Shown: positions 33,650-46,851, numbered from the whole stretch's first letter. The stretch is DNA of 61,874 bases, filler included, from Diploschistes diacapsis (GCA_023645945.1; 13 parts of 13 records of this genome joined end to end with filler, not necessarily neighbours in it); one strand, 5' to 3'. Numbers and translations: made by a program. Notes: generated from the sequence alone by a model not told the origin.

Positions 33650-36600
33650 AGAGATGAAATGCAAAGGGGTCGCGGGGTACTGCGTATAAGTATCTACATT
33701 CGTGTTATTGATTGTGTGTTATATACAATGGCTATCTCTCTCTTGCATTGCTATCATCTGCATGTTTATATCTCAGATTGAAAACCTTCAACCCTTGTCT
33801 ACTAAACGACCATCAACTGAGAGAATATCGGCATGTCTTAGGCGCACCCTCCAACCCCTCCCACATGCACTATTCAGTGTCAACCGCACCTGTACACAAA
33901 TACGTCACAAAATGTATATATCTGCATGATCAGCGCAGGTATCGCTACTGCATCGTATCTTTGAAAAGCTTTGGAGACCTCGGAGTCTCCGCTAGGCTCG
34001 GCGGCGACAGCGATCGCACAAAGTCATTCGAAGATAGACACTCAGCATCTCCAGCATCTTCCCGGAAAGAAATATCAGAGTTCATTGGCGAAGACGCTGG
34101 AGGTCTTTGTGATACTAACAGATACCTAAGATCTCTGAAAAACTCTGTGGCTGCTGAGGCTGAATTCTCGTATCGCAGAAATGGAACAAACCGGAAGATA
34201 TATCTTCCGTCTGTCAGCCAAGCCGTCAATGCCCGACTTGGGTCTAGTAGCCTGACCAAACGAGCAAGAGTTGTTACTTATCTTTAACCACCCTGCAAAT
34301 GCTTTTCTTCGCATGCACTTTAGCATTGAGACCACTCGTGAATTATGATTAGCAATGAGAACGCAATGAGGCTAACGCTGCCTCATCTCGCTATCGCTCA
34401 TGCAAGGGACGTCGATGCTGGGTCAAGGCCCCCCATTCCCCCCCCCCTTGGAACACGTCCCGTGCTCTGAGCTGAGAAGCCCAAGATAGCATTGAGTTCC
34501 TTCCTCTATCAGGAGATTCAGGAGATGATACGATATATCGAAGGCTCAGCTTGCCGCAGAATGGTTTCTGATAAGGCGACTCGACCGTGTTCTTTGTATG
34601 GGGAGAGTATTTTCTTGTTGTCCTTATTTTCTCGAGCTTTCACTCTGTCCGTTTCGACTCTTCGATCTTTTCCTTCCTGCATCTGCTGTTCGCACACATT
34701 CTCCCGCAAAGGACATTGCCCCCTTTTCCATGGCCCACCTCCCCCTACCCTCGACGCTGACACAAGGCTCCTCNNNNNNNNNNNNNNNNNNNNNNNNNNN
34801 NNNNNNNNNNNNNNNNNTTAATTAATTAANNNNNNNNNNNNNNNNNNNNNNNNNNNNNNNNNNNNNNNNNNNNGTCCCCCAGTCCCCCCGCAGTTTCCCC
34901 TTGTGTCACTTTTGGGATCATTTTTTAATCAGTCTCTTCGTGACTAAGCAGGGTTTCCCAGGCTCGCTAGCAAAACACGGAAAAAATTCTGCTATTCACT
35001 CTGCTCCCTTTATCACACGGTATCAAAGACGCTCGAGCTCTCATCTAACTACCTCCCTGTGCAGCATCTAGTGCAGCTTAGGCGAGCACATAGCAAGCTA
35101 GGGCCCGTCTCAGGCTCGCAGCTCTTGGTGGTCGTTGCACGGAGCTCACCGGATCGCTTTCTGATCGTAACAGCGGAATATGGGCCAAGAAAACCGGGCC
35201 ACCGCTTGCTTGCGCGACATTTAGATATTTCAGCTAGGGGTAGCGGCTCGATACGTTGAGTGCTCCGGGCTGGAACGTCGTCATGTCATTCGGTGAAGCT
35301 AACCTAACGTCAACTTGTCAGGCTGTCAAAAATCCCGTTTCTGAAGTTTGTACACTCGTACGACAGGCTTGGAGCCTGGCAGCTTCAAAGGACCGTTGCA
35401 CAAGCGCTCAACTGCCGGCTGACGAAAGCTTCGAAGAATGCTGCGCAGATACTGTGGGCCGGATGTGTATTTGCGAAAGGGTTACAGGGCCCAGTTTGGC
35501 ACTGCCCCCATAAACGAGCACACCGAGGCTACGCCGCACTTTTGTTGCTCCTTATACGGCTGCTAGATACGGACGTCACATTGTTAGTGTCGCCGTAGCA
35601 TTGAGCAGCCGGCGAGCTGCGCTTACTGCACAGGTTCGCTCCCGCCGTTGCGTGCTTTCGGCCTTGACCATCCATGCCATGTGCAAGCCTCGTGTCTACG
35701 TTGTTGACAAGCTTGACAAGTTTACCATTTTCTGAAAAAGGGGCAGACCTGAATAGAAGGGGACCAAAGCCTTCATTGCACAAATTACCACGAGCACCTG
35801 CGGGGTTCCAGACATTCGTAACATTCTTGGTGTTCTCCGGCATCAATGATTGCAGCGCTCTTCTCACCAAGAATGCGAAGAGGTTTACGGAATTCTGACA
35901 CCAACCGGTGCTAGTATTACTGGGTAACTTCGTCTAGCGCCACCTATCACAAATGTGGACGGTGCATCAACCGGGTTTGAATCGAATGTTTCTACCGTTC
36001 AAGTTAACAGCATGCCCCTTGCTCCCAGCTATCAGAGCTGCACCATCTACAAATGGGACTCCACGTAGGAAGCACGAGCTACATGGTCCTCTTCAGACCG
36101 ACGCGTGTGGATTTTGCCAAGGCTACAATATGGAGATAGGAGTTTCATCTCACATAGGCTCACCTTAAATGCTAGTGAACGGCGTTCAACGGTTTCCTCT
36201 CCGAAATTGGAATTCATTTCGCACTTTGCCTCTCCACTTCCAGCATCTAGAACCACGGGAGAATGGAGTTCTTCCCTTTGTCGTCATAAGGAAGAACCTG
36301 TGGCCAGATGTTGTATTGTCAGACTTGCCGATGGAGCTCTGAACTTCCTCGGTCGATGAAGCTGAATATGAAACTGGCAAATAATCCCTCGATCGGCAGC
36401 CGGTCATAACTCAGGCACCAAGTCTAAACCGTTCGACTAGAGCATCGAACAAAGCTCATTGTTGAGCAAGCTTGGGAATCGACATTTATATGTCACAGTA
36501 ACACTTTAAGCTGTCATGCTGGCCCAGATCTAAAATAAGCTACTGAGTGCTGTCGTCAGTAGTGGATGAAGGTACTAGTATAGGTGAGGTCAGAAACGTG

Positions 36601-37026
36601 ACCTCACCATCTCTTTCCGGGCTCTTGACCTTGGCTTGCAAAGTGTATCTGAATACCAGCGTCATGACAGATGCACTATGTCCTAGATAGGGCGCTGGAT
36701 CTGACGCTGGATCTGACGCTGAATATGAACCTGTATTCGGATCCGGATCCCAGGATCAGTCATAACATTATTATCCACACCTTGTGGAAGACGCTATAAC
36801 TATTAGTCCGCTTTTATGGAATCGAGATCGGAATTATCGCGTTTCAGCTTCAGAATCGAAGAATCTTCGCGAAAGGAGTGGAATGTTCCCTGACTAATCA
36901 TCATTCGACGGGTGAATTGTTATCCTGCTTATAAGTCGAAAAAGTCATTCAATCCTCTGTTCCCTCTGCTGAAACCCAGTCATTGTTATTTTCTCCACTA
37001 TATACAGCCTCTACACCTTCACAGCG

Positions 37027-37548
37027 ATGTCTCAATCACAGACTACGTCCCCGATTCATGGCTCATGCTTGTGCGGTGCCGTTACCTACACTCTGTCCGC
37101 TCCTCCACAAATGAGCCTGCTCTGTCACTGCATCAATTGCAAAAAATGGACCGGTTCAGCATTCATGATGAACGACTGGTATAACCGAGACGAGTTTCAA
37201 ATCCAAGCAGATACTCCGACAACCATCAAGACCTTCGTGGATAAGATGTGCGACTCGAAAAACAAGCTTTCACGCCACTTCTGTGCACACTGTGGCACCC
37301 CTCTATACTCTTCCAGTGAGAGGAACCCTCAGGCAGTCATAGTACCTCGAGGCACGATCGATGGGAAATGTGGAAGAGAAGATGCTATGAATCCGGAGAA
37401 AGTTTGGGAGGGAGACTATATTACAAGGCAGACAGACACTGGGGGTGCTGATCACTCATGGAAACCCGAACGTGAATACTTTTGCAAAAGGAAGATGACG
37501 TGGCTTCCAAAGGTGCAAGGTGCAGAGACTCTTCAGAGCATGACCTGA
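37027..37548 (+). CDS. GFA/Mss4-like (CENP-V family) zinc-binding protein
   Basis: GSCLCGAV, CHCINCKKWTGSAF, RHFCAHCGTPL, WKPEREYFCKRK..W. Confidence 0.9.
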   Translation: MSQSQTTSPIHGSCLCGAVTYTLSAPPQMSLLCHCINCKKWTGSAFMMNDWYNRDEFQIQADTPTTIKTFVDKMCDSKNKLSRHFCAHCGTPLYSSSERNPQAVIVPRGTIDGKCGREDAMNPEKVWEGDYITRQTDTGGADHSWKPEREYFCKRKMTWLPKVQGAETLQSMT

Positions 37549-38248
37549 TTAACTATATTGAACAACTTTGATAGCCTGAATCTCACAGCAAGCCATATAT
37601 GCAGCAGCAAAATCGTAAAAGATTATCCTATCGCACGCACAGGAAGGTGCAAAAATGACAGAGCAGTTATTGTGACCGAAATAAATATATATTTTACCAT
37701 TAGCCTTTACGCCCTTTTTGCGGGTCTTTCAAGTGATGTTTATTATAAGTTTTTTTACACCCACGCTCCTTTAAAACAAATATCACCATTCGAATCAGAN
37801 NNNNNNNNNNNNNNNNNNNNNNNNNNNNNNNNNNNNNNNNNNNTTAATTAATTAANNNNNNNNNNNNNNNNNNNNNNNNNNNNNNNNNNNNNNNNNNNNG
37901 TTGTGGTCCGATGGAGGGATGTCGATGGGCGGCATAGCGCAAGGAGGTGGTGGTGGCTTGATGGAGTTTGGGGAGGGGGTGGAATACAGGAAGCAGCTAG
38001 GGTCGCTCCATATTGATACCCACGAGCTAAAGGAACTGACGCATGCCATTCGCGTGTTCTCCTATCTAGACTGTGTACGCCGTCGCTAATGCCAGTAAAG
38101 TTGCGCTCATGTTATAAAAGTCTTGCCACTAGTTCCTACTCCCGTCTTCCGAGCCCACCGCACCTTCCCATGAAGTCCTCCTTGCCATCCTAAACATCTT
38201 ATGTTCTAGAATCTGTGCATCCCTGGCCCTCCCCTTAGAATCCCGCCA

Positions 38249-38818
38249 TCACAGCCCCTTCCCTCCTTCAGCCCTGTACTGCTCTAAAACCGGATCCCCA
38301 AACTCCCTCAGCGTAAACTCGCGATCGAGAACCTGGTCTCTCGCCTTCGCCATCTCCTCCATCGCCATCCTATTCTTCCACATATACCCTGGCGCGCTCT
38401 CGTCCTCCTCCGTATCCACTACGATAGGTCCTCCCTTTGCATCTGCGCCTACTGACGGCGTGGGTTGAATGGAGCTTTTCTTGGCGGCGGGTATGGTGGA
38501 GGGGGCGCGTGCCGCTGAGGAGTTCGCCGTCGCCGTGGCTAGAGCTGGGGATGTGGAGGTAGGGTCGGGGTTGTCGGCCATTGGGACGTCGGTGTTGAAA
38601 TAGGGGTCTGTGTCGGTGGTGCCGGTGGTGGAGGCGCGAAGGTGTGAAGGGATGGTGGCTTCGTGGGATTGGGAGTCGGGCGGGAAGAAGGTATTGGGGT
38701 TGAGGTCTGTGAGGGGGACGTTGGAGGCGAGCGTCAGTGGCGGTGAGGTGGGGGCGTTGGCGGAAGGGAACATGGAGGAGGAGTCGGACGAGGAGGATGA
38801 GGGCGAAGAGTCGCGCAT
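38249..38818 (-). CDS. Hypothetical protein, 189 aa, S/T/P-rich N-terminus with structured-looking C-terminus
   Basis: ATG-initiated ORF ending PGYMWKNRMAMEEMAKARDQVLDREFTLREFGDP. Divergent from the SUZ gene. Confidence 0.6.
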   Translation of the reverse strand: MRDSSPSSSSSDSSSMFPSANAPTSPPLTLASNVPLTDLNPNTFFPPDSQSHEATIPSHLRASTTGTTDTDPYFNTDVPMADNPDPTSTSPALATATANSSAARAPSTIPAAKKSSIQPTPSVGADAKGGPIVVDTEEDESAPGYMWKNRMAMEEMAKARDQVLDREFTLREFGDPVLEQYRAEGGKGL

Positions 38819-39309
38819 TGCGGTGTCCGGGTTCTGGGCTGTTGAGGGTTGGAAGGACAGTTAGCAGCGAATTGGAAACAGAAGAGTTGGAGGGAGAGTT
38901 TTAAGCTGGATCTTGTTGGCTTATTTCCTAATAGACATGAGGAGTCGGGAAAAAATCAATTCGATATAAGGGGAATTAGATTGACTTACCTGACATGGTT
39001 GGACTATGTAAAATATTTGCAAATAGAAACTCAGAGATGTCTGAAAGACTGGCGACTCTATGGAGCGGTGATAACGAAATTAAGTCCGATGATGGGGGGT
39101 TCACAGAGAACGGAGTCAGCAAAAAGGCGTAGTAACTTAAACCCTGATGAAACCTTGTTTCTCTCTTTAGACTCAGCTGCGCACATGTACAGCATTGGCC
39201 TCCCGAGCCTGTGCGTGGCATACATCTCGATATCGAGCTCTGTAGGCTGAGGCTCGCTTTTGCTGGTTGCTAGATCAGCTAGTCGCCATATTTGCCTTGC
39301 ACGTGTGTA

Positions 39310-40213
39310 ATGAACTCGAAGGGAAAAGTCCCTGACGCTTGGGACGACGATTGGGTAGACAAGGCAAATGTGTGTAAATTCCGACCCTTGTTCGGTACCT
39401 ACGATCCAGTCTAAGGTCGACTGATTATTCGCAGACCTCCGAGAAGATATCGCAGCAGCCTGCACCATCAAGCAAGAAGCTCTCCAAAGCAGAACGGAGA
39501 GCGCAGCAAGCCGAGTTCAATAGGAAGCTTTGGGAAGAAGCGTACGTGCTTATTGCGGATCAATTAGTGTTTGCTCTAACCTGCGCTTCAGCGAAGCTGA
39601 GAATTCCAATTACTTCGTTGAATCACGCAACGTTGTCCCCCTTCAATCAAGTTTCAAGCCAAATGTTACTCTTCTATCAAGAAAGCCTGTCCCCGCCGTG
39701 ATTGCAAAGAAGGATCCTACGTCGGGGATCGAACAACTCAGCATTCATGGCGATGATGACGATGAGGAGGATCAGGCCAAGCTCAAGGTCCTTACGGCGG
39801 AAGAGCAGGCGTTGAAGGCGCAAAAGGAAAGAGAGGAAAAGCAGCGAAAGTATAATGAAGCACGACAGCGGCTTTTCGGAGCACCCACAGCGTCTCCGGA
39901 TACGACCTCCGCGAGGAGTAACACTCCTGTAAGAAGTAACGCAACGGACAGGGGAAAAGGTCGGGGACGGGGCGGAGCAAAGGACGCCAAGGACGCTCGA
40001 GATAGCAGGCCAACCTCATCCCAGTCCTCAAAGCTGTTGTACGACCCTAATTACACTTCCAAACCAGATTCTGTATATTTGCAGAGGAAGGAAGCCTTAG
40101 AGAGCCCGGCAACGCCCCGGATCGAAGACCAAGTCATCAGGAATCCAAGGGGTCCCGACGGTAGCGGTAGAGGCGGTATCGGGTTCGCGAAGAGGGAGGA
40201 CCCGAAAGCCTAA
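39310..40213 (+). CDS. SUZ-domain protein (SZRD1-like), three exons
   Basis: VPDAWDDDW, LLSRKP, REEKQRKYNEARQRLFG (SUZ), VIRNPRGPDGSGRGGIGF (SUZ-C). Two GT-AG introns. Confidence 0.88.
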
Positions 40214-40599
40214 TTTTGCCCAGGGCTTTCTTGCACCTCCTCGAAGAACTCGTATTCGCACATGCAGACTTCTCCGGTGATGATCTTGATTAAGCATAGT
40301 AAGCACAGCTCTAGCATTTGATGACCGTGTTTTGACATTAACATTCAGGCAAACAAGCTTGCACAATCCTGCCGGTGTGGCTCTTCCAGATTGTGTTTAC
40401 TGCACGCAAGGAACCATGCATTCCAACCCTTTCCTCAGGAATGTACCTGTCAAATATCATTATGGTATGCAGGCACATTAATCTACTTGCCGAACTTCAA
40501 ATATAACAGTCTTCTAAATTTTCTTTTGCTTTGCTCTTCTCCAACCGTCATCACTTTTGAACAGTCACTCTTTTGGTGGTACACTCATTTTCTATCACG

Positions 40600-40821
40600 A
40601 TGTCACGAACATTCACCATTCTTATAGCCATTGGGGCTATCTATGCTCCCATTGCCCATGCTGCCGCCTTACCTGAAGCTCTTCCTATACCCAACGCCGA
40701 TGCCGAAGCTCAAGTCGGTCTTCCCCTCCCGCCAACTCTCTCCGTAACCTCAAATATCGCCTCAGCCATTTCCTCCGCCACCTCAGACCTCAGCGGCACC
40801 CACCCAGGCATTTCCACCCCC
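40600..40821 (+). CDS. Secreted protein, 5' fragment
   Basis: Signal peptide MSRTFTILIAIGAIYAPIAHA followed by X-P/X-A dipeptides. Cut by contig end. Confidence 0.6.
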
Positions 40822-40921
40822 NNNNNNNNNNNNNNNNNNNNNNNNNNNNNNNNNNNNNNNNNNNNTTAATTAATTAANNNNNNNNNNNNNNNNNNNNNNN
40901 NNNNNNNNNNNNNNNNNNNNN

Positions 40922-42470
40922 TATTAATTTTTATAATAACTAAAGATTTAGAATGTTATTAAATAGACGTTAATAATAAATTTATCGAAAAATTATTAAC
41001 GTATTAGATTTACATAACCGCATTAAATAGATATAACGTTCTAAAAAACACCATACTTAAGATTAATAAAAGCTTATATAAACTAAAACAGGCGGTCAAA
41101 AATTAACATAAAAAATACGACAATATAATTCTAAATTTAGGATTCGTCCGATCTAATATTAACCCGTACGTCTTCATTCTACGAAATCGAAAGCTATTAA
41201 TTGACCTTTAAGTAAACGATATTATTATAACAACGCCGAAACTACGTAATATATACTAAGTTAAGAAAGCACTCGCTAAACGCTACAAGATCAAAAATCT
41301 AAAGAAATAACAAAACTCCTAGAAATAAAAGTTCAACGATAACGTAATTCAGATTTAATAAGTTCAACTGAACTAACCCTAGATCAAGAAACATACGTCG
41401 AAAAAATACTCCAGCGTTTCAAGATAATAACGGACACATACAAGAACCAAAAAATACCGCTCAATAAATACGACGGCATTAAACCAGGCAAAGAATCCTC
41501 TAAAATAACCAAAAAAATACAGTATCAAAAGATTATTAATAATATTATAAACTTAACGATCTATACGAGACCAAACATCGCATTTACCATTAAAAAGTTA
41601 AGCCAATATATAACTAACCCATACACCTATCATTTACATACTTTAAAAGAACTATTCCGCTCTATTCGAAAAATAAAAAATATTAAAGTTCAGTTTAGTA
41701 CTAAATCTGAATTTTCGAAACTACGGGGATATTCCGATGTAAATTATAAAAAAGATAAGTCAGATCGAAAATCTACGTATAAATATATCTTCCAATTATA
41801 CGGTAAACCAATATCTTAAATAAACAAAAAATAAAACACAGTTTCAACATTAATTATAAAAACTAAAGATATTAATTTATCTCACGTCGCTAAACAAGTC
41901 TTATAATACTCATAATTCTTAAGAAATATTAATTATCTTGATCTTATAGGACCATTTCTATATATTATCAATCTACTCGGCGATAATATTGGTTCCCTAA
42001 ATTTAATAAAATACGCAAGAATCAACGACCGTTCAAAACACGTCGATATTACTTATCATCACGTACGAGATCTTATTAAATAAGAACGCATTAGGATGTC
42101 TTATATCCCTATCGATAAAATAATTGCTAATAGGTTTACGAAACCACTAAACTACTTAAAACACGACGCCTTCATCAAAGAACTCGATCTAATTCAAAAG
42201 ATATCCAATTAAACTATATAGACATATCGGATAATTCCGTTTATGGAGGAATATTAAGCAGATAAATAGAAGACATAACTAGAAGTATAACTAAGTTCTA
42301 GAAGAAGGTTCAGTTCAGCTGAACTTCCTGGAATTCCAACTAGACCGAATAAGGAATAGTGTAGGTAGTAGGGCTTAGTATATCTCACGAGGATAAAAGT
42401 CTACAAAGTAGGGTAACCTCCTAGATAAGACCTCTAGACTTCAATATATCCATTACGTTGCCAAACAATC
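40922..42470 (+). mobile_element. RIP-degraded Ty1/Copia 3' end (RT, RNase H, PPT, 3' LTR from ~42252)
   Basis: Relic motifs K.LY.LKQA, TRP.IAF, GYSD, DRKST, RSKHVDI.YHHVRD, IA..FTKPL. Purine tract precedes TATTAAG (RIPed TGTTAAG). Confidence 0.8.
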
Positions 42471-42479
42471 TAATTGATT

Positions 42480-43757
42480 CTTTACTTTTATAATATAGTC
42501 TTTAATTATTTTAATAACGTCATTTTTTTAATTTATGAGCGTTATTTCGGCATATTTAATAACCGAATCGAGAAATGTAACGAAATATTGATATCTCGAG
42601 AATGTTTTCGGTAATATCGGGCCGCATATATCCGAATATATTAGTCCTAAATAGACAGTTTGGGGCTCTGATGGTTTCTTGGATATCTTCTTCGTCGCTT
42701 TGGCCTGTATGCATGTTATACAAGGCTCCTGATTGGACGATTTAGCGAAATTAACACCTATTGCCTATTTAGGCAGGTGTTCTAGGGCTGGGGAACCGAT
42801 GTGTCCCATTCGCTGGTACCAAATCTTTTTGTTGACTAAATCCTGGTTAGTAAAAGCGGTGTCCTTTTTTATTATTAGTTTAGTAGAGATAATAATCAAG
42901 TTATTTAAATAAATACCTTTTATTAGTAATCTATTGAAATAAACATGACAATAATCGTTATCTAAGATAATTATCGCGTCTTTTTCGCGTAGCGCGGTAA
43001 CGGAAATAAGATTTATTCTTAAATCCGGCGCGTATTTACAGTTCATCAGTCAAAGAATCCGATTGATAGATTTGATCCGAAATTTTGTTATTCCGACGCC
43101 GAGGATTTTGATCTGGGCTACCTAGCCCCACCGTAGGGCTAGGTCACATGATTCGAATGATTCAAAAGCCGATAAATTCGAACAGATATGCGAGGTAGCT
43201 GTTAAATCAAGAATCCAGTCTGTTTGGTCGGAAGAGGAGAAACTAATTTCCGAATTGGGCCTAGTGTCTTTTAACGAGATAAGGAAGATTAATGTGGTTT
43301 TTAAATCCGGTTTAACGCGTTTTGGTCTTTTTTTAAAATGTTTTTTTTAGTAATCATTATTGTTATATCTAGTTTTTTTATAAATAGGGTATTTTTTAAC
43401 CTCCTTTTTTGGATTAGCGTCAGTTATTTGGCGGCTTTCGCTTGTTGGTCGGCTAGCGTTTATTAATCGGTTAGTTAACGCCATTTCGATATCGATATCG
43501 CCCTTTTTTGTCTTTAGCCGCACCGATTCGTCGATTAATTAAAAAAAATAATATTTAATTTAATATTAAGAGAATTGTTGTTCCGAATCTATTAAATAAT
43601 TATCGTTATTAATCCTTCGTAATCTTTAGTAAGATTATTCAAGATCTAAATAACTATGATTTTATTTAAAATAATATATTTCGTGCTGATAAATCATCTA
43701 TTAGTTGTTTAATCTAATTAATATAAGTTTTTATCTTTCTTCTTTTAATAAGCGTCG
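42480..43757 (-). mobile_element. RIP-degraded Copia gag-protease-integrase fragment, opposite strand
   Basis: WILD..ATSHICS protease motif, PDLRINLISV, GAG-pre-integrase WYQRMGHIG, L.YSDICGP. Confidence 0.75.
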
Positions 43758-43836
43758 TGTTACGATCCAAGTTACTAGGTGGTAGTCCACTTGGTACTTC
43801 ACAGCTGATCGGGCCTAACCCAACCATTCCTTATAT
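43758..43836 (+). mobile_element. 5' start of Gypsy-family LTR inserted into the Copia relic
   Basis: Begins TGTTACGATCC, as do the LTRs at 49036, 45361 and 60184. Confidence 0.65.
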
Positions 43837-43936
43837 NNNNNNNNNNNNNNNNNNNNNNNNNNNNNNNNNNNNNNNNNNNNTTAATTAATTAANNNNNNNN
43901 NNNNNNNNNNNNNNNNNNNNNNNNNNNNNNNNNNNN

Positions 43937-45814
43937 ATCATATATGAATAGATCGAATTGTAAGAATTTATAGACATTTAAACGAAATCATTAACGATAG
44001 AGACAAGTTCTTTATCTCGAAATATTAGAAAATCATAATAAAAGCGTTCGGCATAAAGTTGAAATATTTAAACGTTTATTACCTATAAATAGACGGTCAA
44101 ATAGAAAGAATAAATTAAACTTTTAAACAGTATTTACGGTATTACGTTAATTAAAATATAAATAATTAAATTAAATTATTATTAAACGCCGAATACTGCC
44201 TTAATAATAAATACAAAGAAGTTAAGAAGATTTAGAATACACGATCATTTAATAACGAAATATTGAATAATATTAGAAGACACGCGGTCTCAAGGAAGAA
44301 TCCTTAGTTGAAAAAGGAAGATAAGATCTATTTATATATAAATAATTTTAGGACACGTAGATTCTTTAGAAAGCTCGATCACGTCAAAATCGGACCTTTC
44401 TTTATCGATAAACAACCCGTCATACCGGACGAAACCAAACGAGTTAATTATCGATTTAAGTTATTAAAGAACGCGAAAGTTTATCTAATATTCTATTCAC
44501 GATACCTCGAACCAGCATATTTAGACATACCGTTATAAAAAACCTTCTACTTCGAAACAGATAACGAGAACGAGTACGAAGTTAAAAAGATCTTAAATAA
44601 TAACCCCAACGGATTCTTTATTAAGTAAAAAGAATACCCGTTAAAATAAAACACGTAAGAACCTTTAAATAACCTAAGTAATTATAAGAACAAGATAAGA
44701 GAATACCGTAGATTTACTTAACTTAAAGGGATAAGAGCTTTATCCTTTAAAGATTAATTTAATTAAACCGGCGACATCGCAGCCAGTTCTAATAATTCTG
44801 GACCGAACTTTAAAGATACGTCTTCTTAAGCGTTCGCGTACGCCTCGAACGATTCTAAATCTAATTTTTCCGTTAAACACTTCGCTTACGCGTTCGCACG
44901 ATTTTCCGTCAATTTAAGAACCTTTCGATTACGGCGAATACGACGTTTACGTTAAAAACGACGATCCTTAATTTCACGGAATTACTTTTCTAACTCTTCT
45001 TCTTATTCATTATCCTCGTTTATAAACTTTTTATCCTTCTCGATCTCGCCTTTCTTCGAAAGGATGATCCGTTTAACTACCTTCCATATAATAGAAACGC
45101 AATCCTTTCTATTAAACTTAATATAACGAGCATATTTCACCGAGATAGAAGGCATTCTAATATAGTCGTGAGAGAATAAATAGTGGTTATAAGATAATGT
45201 ATCTAAAAAACCCCGAAGACGAATAATAAAATTTAAACGTTTCTTTTATATCGAAAATAAAGAAAATATCGCTGTTTTACGATTTAAGATTTTCTTTATT
45301 TAATATTTATATTAACCCTTCGGTGCTTATCGGGCCGATAAGGCTGAAAAAAAAAGATAATATTACGATCTAAGGTATTGTTCGGTAATACTTAATACGT
45401 AATAATTAGTCGGGCACTTCCCAATTATTTCTTATATATAATCCAATTAGGATAACACGGGTCACGTGATAAATAAAAAATCTTAAAGACCATTCTACTC
45501 AGTCGTAAATAGAAAGAAAGAACGGTAATTCTATTTATTTATTTATTTATTTTACTAAGAGAGCTGTTAACTATATAAGAACGTCGTTATGGCCTTTATA
45601 AGTCCAGAGCGTGTTCATTTTTATAAATATCTTAAGTTATTATTCGGGATCAATTTATATTCGTTATTTCTATCATTTTAGAGCCTTCTTTCCAGAAATA
45701 GTCCAAGACCTATGACTGCTCTATCTTCTTCTCCTACCACACTCCTCTTCTAACAGAGACCAAACCCACCTTGATCCTACTCGTGTATACCTTGTATAGA
45801 TAGAGATCATAACA
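43937..45814 (+). mobile_element. RIP-degraded chromovirus (Ty3/Gypsy) 3' half: integrase, chromodomain, antisense ORF, PPT, 3' LTR 45361-45814
   Basis: DRD..F.S, DGQ.ER.N, KLDHVKIGPF, EYEV.KIL...IK.K.YP...NT.EP. 454-bp LTR (T)ATTACGATC...GATCATAACA. Confidence 0.9.
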
Positions 45815-46150
45815 CCGGGTTCCGGCCACCTTAAACACTACCGTTAACATTCTATGGTTTTTAGATATAATTTGTTCGTCGTAACTAGAGTCTAAGCGAT
45901 CCGAATTGAATCTATTCTTTTCTTTTTTATCTTTCTCGATTTTAGAAACGCGACGACGTTTTTTACGCGTTATAAATCGTTTTAAAATTATTCGATTCGA
46001 TTTAATTCGAATTATTATTTTAAAAACTTCGTCTGTATTAAATATAAAACGACCTTTTAATTCAATTCGTTTATTTAATTTACGTTTTTTACGATTATTA
46101 AAAAGCGTTTTTTATTTTCGGTTTTCTTTACGAAGCGTTATAAGTTTAAT
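45815..46150. mobile_element. Fragment of Fot1-like element end (ACGTGTTTGACGG family)
   Basis: Matches 52675-52873, 61479-61584 and the reverse complement of 60638-60909. Confidence 0.75.
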
Positions 46151-46851
46151 TAGGCTGGCCGTTGAATGCCACGGTCACTGACACGGACACTACCGCGAAA
46201 ATTTTCTCGGCACGGACACTTCCACGGACACTACACTGCAATAAAAGCACGGACACGGACATTACGGCTAAAATTTTTAAAACACGGATACTTCCACGGA
46301 CATTACACTGCAGTGAAAGCACGGACACGGACATTACGATTAAAAATTTTAAAACACGGATACTTCCACGGATACTATATTATAATAAATTCACCGAAAT
46401 ATTACCGTGAATCTATCGAAACACTGCGATGAAAAAATAAAAGCGTAAAAAATAAACGTAATAATTCTAAAATTATTAAAAAATAAATATTATTTAAAAG
46501 TGTTTCGGTAAATATACGGACACGATAATAAATTTATTAACACGGATATTATAATTAAAAATTTTAAAACACGAACATTTCCACGGACACTACACTATAA
46601 TAAAAGCACGGACACGGATACTACGGCTAAAAATGTTAAAAGACGGACACTTCTACGGATACTATATTGTAGTAAAAACACGGAAACGGACATTACGGCT
46701 AAAAAATTTAAAACACGGATACTTCTACGGATATTATATTATAATAAATTTATCGAAATATTATCGTGAGTTTATCGAAATACCGCGATAAAAAAATAAA
46801 AGTATAAAAAATAAACGTAACAATTTTAAAATTATTAAAAAATAAATATTA
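46151..46851. mobile_element. hAT-like element end with ACACGGA(C/T)AC subterminal repeats
   Basis: Starts TAGGCTGGCCGT (same at 61585; inverse ACGGCCAGCCTA ends at 50033). ~66-bp and ~300-bp repeat periodicity. Confidence 0.75.

Noticed and set aside
33712..36407. Assorted 70-190 aa ORFs on contigs 4 and 5 (also 5873-6304 and 55279-55835)
   Set aside because: No motifs or consistent splice model could be built; they may be real lineage-specific genes but I cannot support them.
37027..37548. Two GFA/Mss4 genes as a cluster
   Set aside because: They are on different contigs, and the family is commonly multicopy in fungi.
46151..46851. CRISPR or telomeric array; short ORFs 46146-46432
   Set aside because: Subterminal repeats behind a TIR; no TTAGGG; the ORFs just translate the repeat.
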